Source: Lingula anatina
Lineage: Eukaryota; Animalia; Brachiopoda
NCBI GenBank assembly: GCA_051362555.1
Contig: CM120640.1
Location: 12,462,001-12,526,000 of the forward strand
Direction of reading: 5' to 3'
DNA length: 64,000 nt
Position 1 is the first letter of the stretch. The number at the start of each line of letters is the position of its first letter. This document shows, piece by piece, positions 44,554-55,073 of the stretch. The translations under genes and the position numbers were made by a program. The notes beneath the pieces are model-generated. The model was not told where the DNA came from. It saw only the letters and a list, made by a program, of their open reading frames with translations, and did not search any database.

Positions 44554-44637
44554 CTTATCTTCATAGTTCTTCCTTCTCTCCCTTCGGGATTTAGTTCTGA
44601 TAGAATCACTTGTCTTTACTGAAAAAGCCACAGACAT
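44554..44637 (-). CDS. Kinase gene, predicted first coding exon
   Basis: AAACAATG start; MSVAFSVKTSDSIRTKSRRERRKNYEDK; donor AAG|GTAAGA in phase 0. Confidence 0.55.
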
Positions 44638-44832
44638 TGTTTCAACACAATCCTTAATTTTTTCCTGGCTATAAAATCAAATTCTTTTTAATTCCTCCCT
44701 ATTCCTAAATGTTCTTCACTGTCTTCTGTGCCTTGGGTCTTAAAGCTGCAAACTCGAATCTAATGCAGTATGTTTCCTGACAGGAAACTTTTTGGACATC
44801 TCTGTCGATTAACACTTATACCCTACGTATTT

Positions 44833-45120
44833 TAAGGGGGTAAACGGAAGTAACCTTATTAGTAGGTTTGCTTTGTCATTTTCTGTTTATTTATTATCAT
44901 TATTTTGCATGTTTTGCAAGTAAAGACAAGAGTCACACTCAAAATAATATGTGGAATCAGGACTACTTATCTAGGCTTTATTCGTGTCAAAAGTGCCCAT
45001 TGGATATGACACAAGTGCTGAGATATTGAATGCCTTGATTTTATTTTACATCCTAAGGATCACTAAATGTCACTAAAATCAAGGTTTCTAACATCTCACG
45101 GTACTTCCGTTTAACACCCT
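44833..45120. mobile_element. Putative MITE (~290 bp) with imperfect terminal inverted repeats
   Basis: Left end AGGGGGTAAACGGAAGTAACC versus reverse complement of right end AGGGTGTTAAACGGAAGTACC. Non-coding interior; TTAA at the left flank only. Confidence 0.55.
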
Positions 45121-45614
45121 CGAATTTAATATCAATTTCCACAATTTCTAGGTGTAAATTATGAATTCTTAATAATGCATATTGAAAAGTGAAATGTTCA
45201 ACTTACCACTTCCACACACGAACAGGTGAGTGAATATAGTGAGTGCATTTCTAACTCTCTGCCAAACAGAGGGGGGTCTGTTTCTAGACTTCTGCAAAAC
45301 AGATTGACTTTGATTTTAGACAAAGCAAAATGATATTTCTTTAAGTTCAGAAAGTAGAAGAGATAGCCATTAAACGCATACATGTAGACCATCCCTAGAT
45401 TTAGCTATACGGCTGATATACATGTTTATTATTTTCTGTTTCAAAGACTACGTGTACATGTATTTGTCACCTACCGTTGACGGCATGATGGCGTGAATGT
45501 TCTTAATCTATTTCATATAAGTTAAAAGATTTCTGAATCTGATTCCACTGATATTTACTGGATATATACTGGTAACAGCACAACAGTTGTCATAGATACT
45601 AGGTTTTTTTGTCT

Positions 45615-45626
45615 TGTGACGTCACA
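45615..45626. promoter_or_regulatory. CRE/ATF palindrome TGTGACGTCACA
   Basis: Perfect 12-bp palindrome about 1 kb upstream of the predicted kinase ATG. Confidence 0.35.
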
Positions 45627-47798
45627 CACACCTTTCACTTGACGAATACAACAATATCACATTGGTTTCAACAATAAGAAAGGTGTTATTGAAGACAGTG
45701 GTCTTTTTTTTCCAACTGATAGATGAGATTCAAAGTAGTGCGGCCCATTACCATAAGAATATCGTCTAAGGTGCAAAAGGGTGTTAACGAAATGTTAAAA
45801 CTAAGGAATCAGATTTTTCTAGACGAAACATATAAAATTCAATAAATTAAAGGGTAATCTATTAATTGGTTAATTGTCCAAAAACGAAAAACCAAAAAAA
45901 AAAAAACTTATCTTCTATCAAACTACATAAAAATCAACAGCGTTTAAAATTATGGATTTCTTAAAAATTAAAAGCAAGGAAAATGCATTTAGAAACCAGT
46001 ACATGCTTACAAAGTAGACTAAAGGAAATTGCCTAAAAATTTAACCCTAGTCCTCAGAGAGGAGCAGAAAAGACAGAGGTTTACCTCTGTTGTTGCCACA
46101 ACATGATATTTTAGTCTGCTTTGGCCCAGGAGACACTTTTTACCCTGTAGAGCCAACTGGGAATGAGTTAGAGCAATAAAAACGGGTTTAAAGCAAGCTC
46201 CATGAACTTATATTACCTACATATGCAACGTCATTATTTTGCAAATATAATGCCAGACGGCCCACAATTTGACAAAAAACGCATCTGACGTGAGGGGCAA
46301 GTTGGCAGACTAAAATTAAATGCAATTAGTATCCCATGTAAACCCCATGAAATACATTTTCACACATTTTTTTTTTTGTTAAATTGATTTTTAAAGTCTT
46401 TGCTGAATAAGTAGTTCAAAGGCAAATATATTAAGGTTTCTGTACGTTACATACATATGTGTTGCAAGAACCCAAATATCTGTGCATCATATTTTTATTT
46501 AAGAATAATTTAATAATGGTATAAAGTAGGCTTATAATGAATGATAAAGAATAATAAACTTCCATTAAAAACTGACAGTTTCAATCCTCAACTGATATTA
46601 CTTAAAATAAACCAATGACTTTGCGTTAACAACGGTCTATAGCTGTGTTGCGCGCAAAGGATTGTGGTCTATATGAGGGTCCAATTTGCTCCGAGTTAAA
46701 GGGGCCAACTAGCCCCAGGTGCACATTTTTATTTTAAAGGGTTGCAGCCATTTTTGGTGCTAGAATGAACTACGATGATGCATTTCTGTGAAACTTTAGT
46801 TTGATGCTCTGTACATATACTATATTCGATCACAACCTTATTTAAAAATCTATTTCATAAATTTACTTTTAGATGCAGAAATCTTTCATTTGGATTCACC
46901 GATAAAACCTTTATATGACCGACACTTTCTGAGCATTATTGGATACGATCCCTTTACAAAATGTGATCATTTTTTACCTCGTACATGCAGTTACCTTTTC
47001 GTTGAGAGGCCAACTTACCCCGGGGTCCAAATATAGCCCAGGTTTCCCAACATCTACCTGAGAACCTATGGAATTTAGTTTAGTTTTATTCTCTTATTGT
47101 GACGCAATTTTTACTGTATTCAGGTACTTCTTAGGACATTCTGAGAACGGTGCATCTCATTTTTTGAACCGTCAGTTTATACTTAGTTTTTTTTTGCGGG
47201 TGAACTGACACAGCTACTGGCTTCTCTACTCATATTGTGGGATAAAGGATATAAGATATTGGATTATAAGATTTTTCGGTAATTTCTAGACGTCGCTCTC
47301 TCACCTAGATAATCCCAATTAACGCAGGATTTCGTAGAATCGTATTAATCAAGCAAGTCATCGACTGCATGCTTTATTATCACATCTGCCAATAATGTAA
47401 ATGTTATTTCCTTTAATTGGAAATCACGTAACAGACCCCTTTGAGACACTGTTTAAAGTTGATAGATAAGATGGTTTTAACTACAGCAATTCCACAAGTC
47501 CTGTCTTTAAAATGTGATTCCATATCTGGACACTTCTTGTCCTTAGTCGAAAATCTACAAACAATCACCTACTCATGTTGGTCCTCTATTAACACAAATT
47601 GAGAGAAACGCATTACCACATCCTATTCATTGGTTTATTCACATGTGCCCTGAAGAAGAATATTTTACAAGATATGCCAGACAAGTGCAGAACATCAGAT
47701 AACTTTTGTTGTTTGCACACATCTAACTTATTTTTGCTACATTACATTCTCTCTCACACACACATACACGCGCGCACGCGCGTGCGCCAACACACATA

Positions 47799-47857
<59 letters not shown>
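47799..47857. repeat. (AAT)n microsatellite
   Basis: About 19-20 AAT units. Confidence 0.95.
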
Positions 47858-47859
<2 letters not shown>

Positions 47860-48064
47860 TAAGGACGTGAGCCTACGCACATACGGCCAATAGTGAAAAC
47901 TTAAAGCAAAATTGTTTCATTATCGATTTACCTCAGATGTCATGGCTTTGCTTATCCATATAATCGTAAATATCCATAGAATCTATAAACTGCTTTGGTT
48001 TACTATATATCTGTTTTGTTGAAAAACGAAATTTTCGGTTTCCAGACTACGGTCGTCGTGCAGA

Positions 48065-48080
48065 TTTGTGACGTCACAAA
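48065..48080. promoter_or_regulatory. CRE/ATF 16-bp palindrome TTTGTGACGTCACAAA
   Basis: Perfect palindrome in the CpG-containing region upstream of the TF-like gene. Confidence 0.4.
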
Positions 48081-50107
48081 CTTCGTGAGACATGCACAAC
48101 AGTCTAACGTAACGTCAATAAGAGAATAAATAACGATTGAATTATGAAAGGACGACTAAGAAAAGATGCATATTTCCATAAATCAAATAAAAAGGTGTAA
48201 GAAGAATTCTACAATACCTCATGATTTTCAAGCAATGCTTTTCAAGAGTCATTATTAGATAGCTTGTTTAAATCATATAATCATTTTCAATCACAAATCT
48301 CTTTTTGTTTTGACGCAAAAAAAATTAATCAGTCTCATGATTAGAGGAAGCTGATTTTGCACAAATATTTTGCCCGAGAGCTTTCATTAAAAATTTAACC
48401 ATGATCAGGTCTGTAACACAATGCCTATATTTCATTTACAACGCTCACTGAGTACACCTACATGTAGTTACAGTTGGGACGGATGGCCCGGCCGGGGAGA
48501 CGTCAATCCTGGACCTATATTCGAGAAAATCGTCATTTTTTCAATTATGGGTTATTTAGAAATAATAATTATTATTATTATGTTTTGATCAATGTTGGTA
48601 ATAATTTTATGATTTGCTAGTAAGTCATTCCATTTTGAACTTTTCTGATTTAAGTATAAATTGCATATTTGATTATTTTTGAATAGTTTTAAAAACTTCA
48701 TGTTACGACAGGCCTATTGTTCAGTTTTCCTTTTCAACATTAAGAAGTGCTACAGTCATTTCTGGTCCTTATTTCCCCAGTTCTAAGTACTTTTAATTGA
48801 ATGTGCTTCTTTCTAAAGAACAACAACTTATGCAGGAAGTGGCTCTACAACAACTTGGAAAATCAACTCGTGTTGTTTAGGTGGCTTGTCTTGGTTCTTT
48901 GTTTAGCATCGAAAGCTAGTATTTTGGTTGGTGTCCTACAGCTTTCGTATATTTTCCAAATTCCTTTGTTCTCTCTTAGCTTTTATATGGTTTAAGTGCA
49001 GCATTCACCAGTAATATAAAACGTCATTTTACAGGTAAGAGTTTCTTTTTCATTATGCACTGGAAGACGAGTGCTGAGTCTGTTTGTTTGTGAATTTTCT
49101 GGCATGTATCCTGTCCGCATTTAAAAATGTCCCCAAGTCGTACAGTATTTTCTGTGTCTATACATATCCCCCGAAGCTACTTATCATTCCCAATTTAGAC
49201 CTTTTAAAACGCAGAAACCCCTCAAATGAAAATACCCAATGTCGATATTTTGGTATTTCTGCACCCTATAAGTCTTTGATTTTCAATTTCAGTGTTTCTA
49301 ATTTCTAAATTACTCTGTATATTCTGTGGTGAATTAGAGCAATGTCTCCGCCATTTAAATAAAATAGTTTCGCAATTCATATACTAATTTTTTCAAAAAG
49401 CTTTTGTCAAAAACTTCATGCCCATTCAAATATTATGAGAGCTTCTAAAGGCTATTGCAAGGATGAATATTTGCTGTAATCCCATTATTCAGATAGCACT
49501 AAACGTTATTGTAAAAATATCAGAAAATTAGTAAGCATATTCTTATATTAATTCCAGTATTATGGGAATTATTTGCAAATAAATTTTTAATTAAAATGGT
49601 AGAAAACATGAAAATCCATGTGCAAGAACAAGTCAAGTACTGAATTGTGAAAAGGATAATTTTTTGTTTGTTTGTTTGTTAGGGGAAAGTTCAATTTTGC
49701 AAAAAAATCCAGAACATATACCTTTGATGTATACATTTATGAACAGTAGGGCAGTTTCTTAAAGTAAACAGTATTTTCCTCAGCTCTGTGCTACTAATAA
49801 TTTGGAAATATTGAAAAGTCCTTTGTCCACACTCTGCCATCACTTCAGGGACTGATTTCTGGATTGCTTGCATTTCAAAACTGTATCAAGATGGTTGACA
49901 GATGGCAAGCTTTGTCAGATGGTGAAAAATGAGATTGTTTTTGGCAACATAAATTTATGTCATTTAGAAATTAAAAATGATAAAAAAGTATTACCAAGAA
50001 TGAGTCCCTTATCTCTTATGCTTTAACCTCTTACCAGTTGCTTTCATAGCACATGCCCAAACTACAATACACATTTTTATTTAAGATTGGGAAAGAGTGG
50101 CATCAGA

Positions 50108-50216
50108 ATGTTGAAGATCTCTAGATTTGATCTAAAGTTGCCTGCAGAGCTTGTCCAGACTTGTGCTGCTCTGCGAGAAAGAGAGCTTGCCAAGTTTATA
50201 GCAACCAATAATGAAG
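50108..50216 (+). CDS. Multi-isoform TF-like gene, shared coding exon 1
   Basis: MLKISRFDLKLPAELVQTCAALRERELAKFIATNNE; donor AAG|GTAAAT in phase 1, matching the next exon. A probable 5'UTR donor CAG|GTAAGA lies at 49034/49035. Confidence 0.75.
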
Positions 50217-50572
50217 GTAAATAATTTAGTAAGCTTATTTTTATTTTTATTATTATTCCAAACTACTTCTACTAAAAACCTTTGCAGTTATCAATTTTTG
50301 TAAATGCTTTTAAGTTCAAGGATGTCTTTTATTACTGAAAAAATTTCATTATAAGTAGTTTAACGCCAAACAAAGTTTTTTTAATGGACCATAGGTTAAT
50401 TGGTTGAAAATTTTGACATCATTGCCTGTTGAAACTGTTCCTCTTCTTTCTTTTCTCTTTGGAGTATCTGGACAAAATTTCATACAAGAATGAAGTTTTT
50501 GTGTAATGACATTTCTTCATAATAAGTTGTTTTTTATAATGCTTATATCAAGCTATGATAATGTTGTTTCAG

Positions 50573-51297
50573 GTGAATTCCAGCATACCATAGAAGTGAA
50601 GAGTGAAAAGGAGCACTTTGTTAACTTTGAACTATCCAATTTGGAGATAACATTTAAAGATGGCAGATTTGTGGCCCAGATTGCCCAGGTTCTTAAAGTC
50701 TTTCAGGCGCCAGAACAGGAATCTCAGCAGCAACAGCCTGCACCATCACAACAACAGCCGAGTAATGTTGGAACAGTAACCTCACGTGGTAGTTTTGAAA
50801 AACAATCGCCAAATGTCACTCATTCAAATGAGAGACTTGTGACTCCAACATCTGGTCCAGATGCCGTGAACTTGTTCAGAAACACACAGTATAGAAATTC
50901 AAAGGAAATCTCAGCATCTCAAAATGTTTCTCAGACTACCAGCGTGCAACCAAGACAGCTGCCAAATACAGGTGTCAACTCAAACACAGCTGAAGAAGAG
51001 GATGATGACATAATTGTAGTGAAAGATGAAGATATGATATCAAGGAGGTCGAAAAATGTAGCTGAAGTCACAATTGAGCCCTCTGTTGCAGGAGAGCCCA
51101 GCTCCTCTCAGCCTTCGCAGATATACCCTTATAGCTTATCACAAGTGCATTTGAATGCACCATCCACCATCACAAGTATGTCAAACACAGAACAGTTAGT
51201 TCAACCTTCAACTTCTCAAGTGGGTTCTAACGTGCCACCTCCCCCAACCACACCAGGGCAAATGTTTCTTCACAGAAAGATGGCAAGGATGCAGCAG
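50573..51297 (+). CDS. Multi-isoform TF-like gene, shared coding exon 2 (end of N-terminal domain plus Q/S/P-rich linker)
   Basis: TTTCAG acceptor in phase 1; long open frame (ORF 50506-51333); strong phase-0 donor CAG|GTAAGA. Confidence 0.85.
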
Positions 51298-51332
51298 GTA
51301 AGAGTTATCATTTGTATTTTAGTTATATTTTG

Positions 51333-51358
51333 ACAGGGTTCGACATAAAACTTTTGAT
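51333..51358 (+). promoter_or_regulatory. Stem I, 5' arm (long-range intronic RNA pairing with 52961-52987)
   Basis: ACAGGGTTCGACATAAAACTTTTGAT pairs at all 26 positions (3 G:U, one bulge on the partner) with GTCAAAAGTTTTGATGTCGAGCCTTGT. Confidence 0.75.
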
Positions 51359-52033
51359 TGTTCATTGAGTGAGAATATATTTCATAATAGTAAATGATGA
51401 TATTTCAGGAATATTTGAAGTTATAAAGGAATAATGTGGTAAATGGAAAAGGTGTACATGAACGAGTTGGCCTTTCTTCCACACTATAAGGTGCCAAGTT
51501 AGTCATTCAAACCTGTTACTGTGTAGTTGTAATTTAATTATACAAACAAATTGTTATCCACTACAAGAGCTTGGTAGTGACTCTTTTAAGAGAGATTGAC
51601 TGCTTAAGGTAGAAGATTTTGTCACTGGGGTTTGTTCTTAGCATCCTTTAATGCTGACAATATATGGGCCTAGGCCATAGTTCAGCTCAAGACAAAATCT
51701 TTTTATGAGAGAGTCTCACAGAAATCATCCCCCTTGTGCCTTGCTTCTCCCCGGGCTTTGGATTATGATATTTGACAGTTGTTTCTTCAGAGATAAGACA
51801 TGCTTGAAGTTCTACAGAATTATTCTGAAGCTAGAAATAATAAGTACATATTTACTAGTATATGGCCAACATTTTATTTTTAAAATGGTGTCATTAAAAA
51901 AAAGAAATTTTAAATCTGGCAAAATTAGGATATTAACTGTTGATATACATAACACTAAGATTGTTAACTTAAATGAAAGATCAAAAACTCAGCTCTCATT
52001 ATGAGTAAATTTGCCACTTCACTTCTTTAACAG

Positions 52034-52531
52034 GTACATCATAGTCCTGTCAGGCCTTTAGATTATGCACGAGCAGAGAAGGTTAAGCAGTTGAAAGCCA
52101 AGATTTTAGAAAAGAAAGTCAAACATCATTCAGATATGATGCTAGGTCAGAAGTTCGCCCCCAGGACACTGCAGGGTAGTTCAGCTGGAAGCCCAAGACC
52201 TCTGGTCAATCCTCTTGACCATCTCACTACCAAACACAAGCGCAATTTGAGGTCTTTGTTAACTTATGGGTTACAAGAGCTTAGCGCCTCTTGTGTGGCA
52301 CAGAGACATCTTATGCCACCTATGCAAACACCTGGCTGCAAAAACAAGTACAAGACTGAGTCGGCAGTTGAATATCTGATGAAGGTGTCTGAGCTGGGAT
52401 TTGGTACTGTAGAGACGAGAGGGCGGGTCAAAGTTTTCAAGAAACGTCCCTTTGATGAGCTTAGTCAAAGCAGCAAAGAACTACTTGCTAGAATATTTGT
52501 GGAAGAATCTGCCTATAAGAAAACAAATTGA
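52034..52531 (+). CDS. Alternative terminal exon A: non-zinc-finger module, putative winged-helix-like domain
   Basis: TTTAACAG acceptor in phase 0, open to TGA. The segment ESAVEYLMKVSELGFGTVETRGRVKVFKK has a helix-G-x-G-hairpin pattern; the fold assignment is inference. Confidence 0.75.
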   Translation, partial: VHHSPVRPLDYARAEKVKQLKAKILEKKVKHHSDMMLGQKFAPRTLQGSSAGSPRPLVNPLDHLTTKHKRNLRSLLTYGLQELSASCVAQRHLMPPMQTPGCKNKYKTESAVEYLMKVSELGFGTVETRGRVKVFKKRPFDELSQSSKELLARIFVEESAYKKTN

Positions 52532-52960
52532 CTGATATGAAGGGAAGGGCTTTCTTCTGTATAGTGTTAAGCACATTATAGAATAGGCTAGACACTTTTT
52601 TTAGTGGGATTTATCTCATTTATTGGAAAGACTGAATACCTTTAATTTTAAAAAAAACTTTATATTTTTTAAATAATGATTTTTAAAACTAAATGTTAAA
52701 ACATATTATTTTTTGTTTTTCCCATAAAGTTTTATATTTCTATTTGCTTTTTTAGTAAAAATTGAGCAATGGTTAGGGGTATACGCATACAACTGAATGT
52801 TAAATAATGATTTTATATTCAAGTAATTCATTTCTTGTTGAGCAAAAGAAGACATCCAAAATGAAATTGCTGTTCAGATACTTTTGGGAGACAAAAAGAA
52901 AAAGGTGGACAAAGTAAAACAGTGTAAAAATTTTGTCATTGCCATCTGTAAAAACTGACT

Positions 52961-52987
52961 GTCAAAAGTTTTGATGTCGAGCCTTGT
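52961..52987 (+). promoter_or_regulatory. Stem I, 3' arm
   Basis: Complementary to 51333-51358; lies downstream of terminal exon A. Confidence 0.75.
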
Positions 52988-53470
52988 ATTAGTATGCTTA
53001 TAGTATAGTAAGGTATACAACATTGTTAATTTGTTAAATGTTAGTCTTGTTGTACATCACATAAAGGGATAGCAACTGTTCATTTTGGCCAATTTTCCCA
53101 TGCTTACCAATGGTTAATGAATCCATTTCTACATTCAAAGTTAGTCAATGTTTTTTTTTTCTAAAAAGTTTGTTTTTTTAGCCATCTATGGAGGTCAAGT
53201 GGTCAGATGGCAAGCACAGATTTCAGGTTTATTGCTAAAACTGCCATTTTTGTGGTAAAATAGAATATGTTATATTTCTATGAGTTGTTTACGATGTGTT
53301 TATTTTGAAATATAGATTTCATACGAGGAGTTGTTATCCCTTTATGTTAATATACTAGTATCTCAAGGGGGACAATTTTATTAAATTATTATTTTTTAGT
53401 ATATTACCACTAATATACTTACAACTGTATTATATAATGTTTAATATATATTCTATAGTCAGTTCCTTTG

Positions 53471-53497
53471 TTTGCTTTCTTATTCTCACCAGTGTTG
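53471..53497 (+). promoter_or_regulatory. Putative RNA docking site TTTGCTTTCTTATTCTCACCAGTGTTG
   Basis: Its reverse complement CAACACTGGTGAGAATAAGAAAGCAAA is closely matched once upstream of each of ZF modules 2, 3, 4 and 5. Confidence 0.8.
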
Positions 53498-53695
53498 AGT
53501 CCTCCAAAATTTTTGACTGAAAAATGAAAACAGCCTTTCACAGACTGGCCAAGAAGGAAATCCATAGTATTGTGCATACATACATATTTATGACAAAAAA
53601 TGACATGCTTGTGGTAAAAATGGTTTAAGCCTGCATATTTTGTATGGGGGCAAATCTGTTATGACATAGAGCCTTTTCTGTTTTATTTTTTAAAG

Positions 53696-54238
53696 AAAGG
53701 AAGAAACTTAGTTATTTCACCAAGGAGAGTGACAAATACATTGTCAAAACTACAGCGTGTGACGCCAAGTGTTGCAGCAGAGAAAGGAAGGAGTAAATAC
53801 CAGTGTGGCACGTGTGGTAGAACATTTCTACACAGTTTGTCTCTGACAGCTCACCAAAAAGAACATTTGTGTGACAAGGGTAGTTCCAGGCAAGTCCAGT
53901 GCAAGGTGTGCAATCAAAGTTTTACATCTGGAAAAGGACTGACTAAACACTTGAACTTGTACCACAAGGATAGTTTATGCTGTAATGCTTGCAATGCCAC
54001 CTTTACCACACAGGTTAGCTTGCAACGGCATATGCGAGTTGCTCATAAATCTAAAATGTATTCGTGTGAGATCTGCAACAAGAGCTTTGGCTACAAGATT
54101 TCGTTACATAGGCATTTTGAGGCAAAGCATAATTCAAATCCGGCATACATGTGCTCCTTTTGCAACAAATCATTTGCCTCTCCATACATGGTTAAAGCTC
54201 ATATCAAAAGTTTACACAAACTGGATCAGCAGACTTAA
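53696..54238 (+). CDS. Alternative terminal exon ZF1 (5 C2H2 fingers)
   Basis: Polypyrimidine tract and TTTAAAG acceptor in phase 0 (KGRNLVISPRR...); five CxxC...HxxxH/HxxxxH motifs; own stop codon. Confidence 0.88.
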   Translation, partial: KGRNLVISPRRVTNTLSKLQRVTPSVAAEKGRSKYQCGTCGRTFLHSLSLTAHQKEHLCDKGSSRQVQCKVCNQSFTSGKGLTKHLNLYHKDSLCCNACNATFTTQVSLQRHMRVAHKSKMYSCEICNKSFGYKISLHRHFEAKHNSNPAYMCSFCNKSFASPYMVKAHIKSLHKLDQQT

Positions 54239-54414
54239 AATGTGTATCTGGAAAAAGGAGGAACACTGATCATTAATGAAAATATTTATCCATGTAATTA
54301 ATCTGTACACGGTTATTTAACATTCCATTTTATGTTAGGTTTTATAACTCGACAAGATTTGCAAAGAGTTCAATGAAAAAATGAGGGGAGTTTTTCTACA
54401 GGTTAGTGTTCTGG

Positions 54415-54443
54415 CAACCACTCGTGAGAATAAGCAAGGAAAT
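54415..54443 (+). promoter_or_regulatory. Selector 2 (complementary to the docking site)
   Basis: CAACCACTCGTGAGAATAAGCAAGGAAAT, with an exact GTGAGAATAAG core, about 230 nt before the ZF2 acceptor. Confidence 0.7.
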
Positions 54444-54674
54444 GGAGCAAAGCAGTTAACTGAGAAAATTTTAAAACACCTTAAAGAGAGGTGAATGACA
54501 ATGAAACACATCCCTTACTAAAGGAAATATATTTTCATAACATTTTATTTTGTTATATGGGATACTAATGACAAACATGGCATGACATCAGGAACCCGAT
54601 GGGGCAGCTGAATGTGAAGGTTTAAGTCAAGTTGTGAATATTTTGACAAGCACTTTTGCTTTCTTTTCTTCAAG

Positions 54675-55073
54675 AGAACTGTCAGTCACCCCCTGATGAG
54701 GTCCAGGAAGAAACATCTACAGAGAGAAACAAAATCTTCCTGTCAGTACTGTGATATGTCATTTTCAAGTAGTTTTGCACTGAGGGCACACTTACGAGTT
54801 CATAAAGGGAATTTATATGAGTGTCTCCTGTGTAACAAACAGTTTGTGTATAAACAGTCCTTGCTTAGGCATGTAGAACGCAATCACCAAAGCAACCAGG
54901 AATGTGTTTGTTGTATCTGTGGGAATGTGCTGTCTTCTCCAGATGTGATAAAGGATCACATAGAAACAGTCCACAGAAAAGAGGCTGTCAGATGTAATGT
55001 CTGCCAAGTATACTTCACCAGATCAACTTTGAGGATTCATATGGCCATGCAGCACAAAGAATTTTCATCATGA
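54675..55073 (+). CDS. Alternative terminal exon ZF2 (4 C2H2 fingers)
   Basis: TTTTCTTCAAG acceptor in phase 0 (RTVSHPLMRSRKKH...); four fingers; stop codon; ATTAAA at 55080. Confidence 0.88.
   Translation, partial: RTVSHPLMRSRKKHLQRETKSSCQYCDMSFSSSFALRAHLRVHKGNLYECLLCNKQFVYKQSLLRHVERNHQSNQECVCCICGNVLSSPDVIKDHIETVHRKEAVRCNVCQVYFTRSTLRIHMAMQHKEFSS

Noticed and set aside
51917-53090. Additional pairing between ~51940-51963 and ~53037-53059
   Set aside because: AT-rich with several non-wobble mismatches; not distinguishable from chance by eye.
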